Shown piece after piece: positions 62,312-64,000 of a stretch of 64,000 nucleotides of DNA; position 1 is the stretch's first letter, and every line of letters starts with the position of its first letter. The position numbers and the translations under genes are program-made. This DNA is from Camelus ferus (lineage: Eukaryota): contig NC_045696.1 of the NCBI RefSeq assembly GCF_009834535.1, positions 21,516,001 through 21,580,000 of the forward strand. Direction: 5' to 3'. The notes beneath the pieces are model-generated. The model saw only the letters and a program-made list of their open reading frames with translations, was not told the DNA's origin and ran no database searches.

Positions 62312-63779
62312 CAGATGGGTTACAGCCTTTCCAGGCCAAGGGCTATTGGATGTCAGAAGAGATGGCACAGAGCTCTGAGATCTGTAGGACATTCATGTGT
62401 GGGAACAGACTGGGAGAGGAGAAACAGAGGTCTTGAGAGCCCAGGCTGAGGACAAAGATGAGGAAGGAGAGCCCCCTAGCGAGGCATTGCTTCTCCTGTA
62501 ATTCAGTATCACCTTCTGCAAGGAGCAGGGTGTTACGGAGGCGGTCTTCACAAGGACAAGCACCTCCCAGCACCAGGAAGCCACTTGCATCCGGCCGTTC
62601 AGTGGCGAGGACAGCATGTGGCTAAGGAGAGGCTTGCAGAGGGAAGTGGTGGGGTGCGGGGAGGAGCACTCCCCAGAAATGCAGCCTGTAGCCTGTCTGG
62701 GAGCTAGGAACATGGAGCTGAGGGGTAGGGTAGAGTGTGGGGCGGGAGGACCCTGGAGCCAGCACGGCTTCTCAATCCAAGCCAGAGTTGGGTCCCACTT
62801 ACCATAAAACACAATCTACTTAGAAACTCTCCATGGAAACTCACATCTCCTGAAATAGGCATAGCATGCTGTCCTCTAGTACCTAGGTTCCTGCCACTAT
62901 AAATCCCTGACAATGACTCTAAGCATAAGACCAGATTTGTTTCTTGGTACTTCCAGTGTCTCATCCTCTGTCTTCTGAGAGACCCCTGAAAAGTGTGCTA
63001 TGGCAGAGTATGGCCTTCAGCAGGGACTTTCACCCCGAGGGCTGGGCTATGGAGCTTGTCTCCCTGCAGTAACCCTTTCTGGAAAGAATCTTACCACTAT
63101 GGTCCCCCCAGTGTCCCTAAGTGACCAGTTGCCTCTGCATCAGTTGGAGCTGTCCAGTGACCCACTGGCCACAGGTCATGAGCAGTGTCTTCTTCTGGGT
63201 ACTTGCCTGGCCCCAATGTTCATGTCATTTGCTGCTTTCATTCCTTCCAATATCCTTCAGCAGCAGAACCATGTTTAGCTGTAGAAAAACAACATTAACG
63301 CGCATGGAGATGAACTTACTGTTGGCTTGCATGCACTAGACCGTCTCCTTTAATTTTCTGCTGATAGCAAATGTGCCTTCCATCCATGGTTAAGTTCCCT
63401 ACACATGCAATCTTTGCTCAGGTGGTACATTTACTGTTTCACTGGCTAAGTTTCCAAGACATTCATGGGCAGCCTCTGGTCCTCTCTGTCCCTATTTCCT
63501 AGTCTTGGCTTGGACATATTCTTTTGATCTGGAGAGGATGTCCTGGTGTTCAATGTTTGGCTGATTGAGGGACTGTCTCCTTTATCTGGTTGGCAGACAT
63601 GCTGAAGATGTGGAAGTTCATCTCAGTGCTGGTCTTTGAGGGTGACAAGATTAGTTCTGTGGTTTCCCTGGTGACTCCAGTGAGTGGACTTATAAGGCAG
63701 CTTGCTGTGATAAATACCAAACTCCTTCAGGGAAGGAAAATTCTGTTTACCATTGTATTACCAGACACTGGAACAATGC

Positions 63780-64000
63780 TTTGATGATGAGAGTTGTTAA
63801 ATTATGTGGTGACTGAATGATAAAATCTGAGGTTAAGTAAAAACAAAAAGAAAATGATGGGGCATTGTGGAATAAGCTGAGCTTGAAATGAGGCAAATGT
63901 GATCATTTTGGAGTTGTTTAGCAGGCCTTGTGGAAATGCAGGTCTGTAGCTTGGTGAAAGGTTGGCAACAGAGACTCACACTTACAAGACATCTGCCTAG
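63780..64000 (-). mobile_element. L2 fragment
   Basis: aagctgagcttgaaatg...tggaaatgcaggtctgtagcttggtgaaaggttggc. Confidence 0.55.

Overview
Mammalian non-coding genomic DNA, very likely from a camelid (alpaca, llama or camel). The assignment rests on a tRNA-Ala-derived Vic-1-type SINE and camelid-type L1 3' ends. I recognise no host protein-coding gene, RNA gene or CRISPR array, and the supplied ORFs are spurious or transposon-derived. About half the window is interspersed repeat: ancient L2, MIR, L3/CR1, HAL1, L1M, MaLR and ERVL LTRs and hAT/Tigger DNA transposons, plus younger ERV1 solo LTRs, L1 3' ends and one SINE, several with readable target-site duplications (TSDs). The window is AT-rich up to ~59.4 kb and visibly more GC-rich after that. 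Repeat family names come from recalled consensus sequences, not from a database search. I found no convincing new biological system. The best leads are (1) a CpG-retaining patch in an ancient L2 with a CRE-like site, a perfect splice donor and a downstream acceptor/poly(A) signal (candidate exapted promoter and lncRNA), (2) a fold-back hairpin at the 5' junction of a TSD-flanked L1, (3) a long MaLR internal segment, and (4) several repeat-free motif clusters that may be enhancers.
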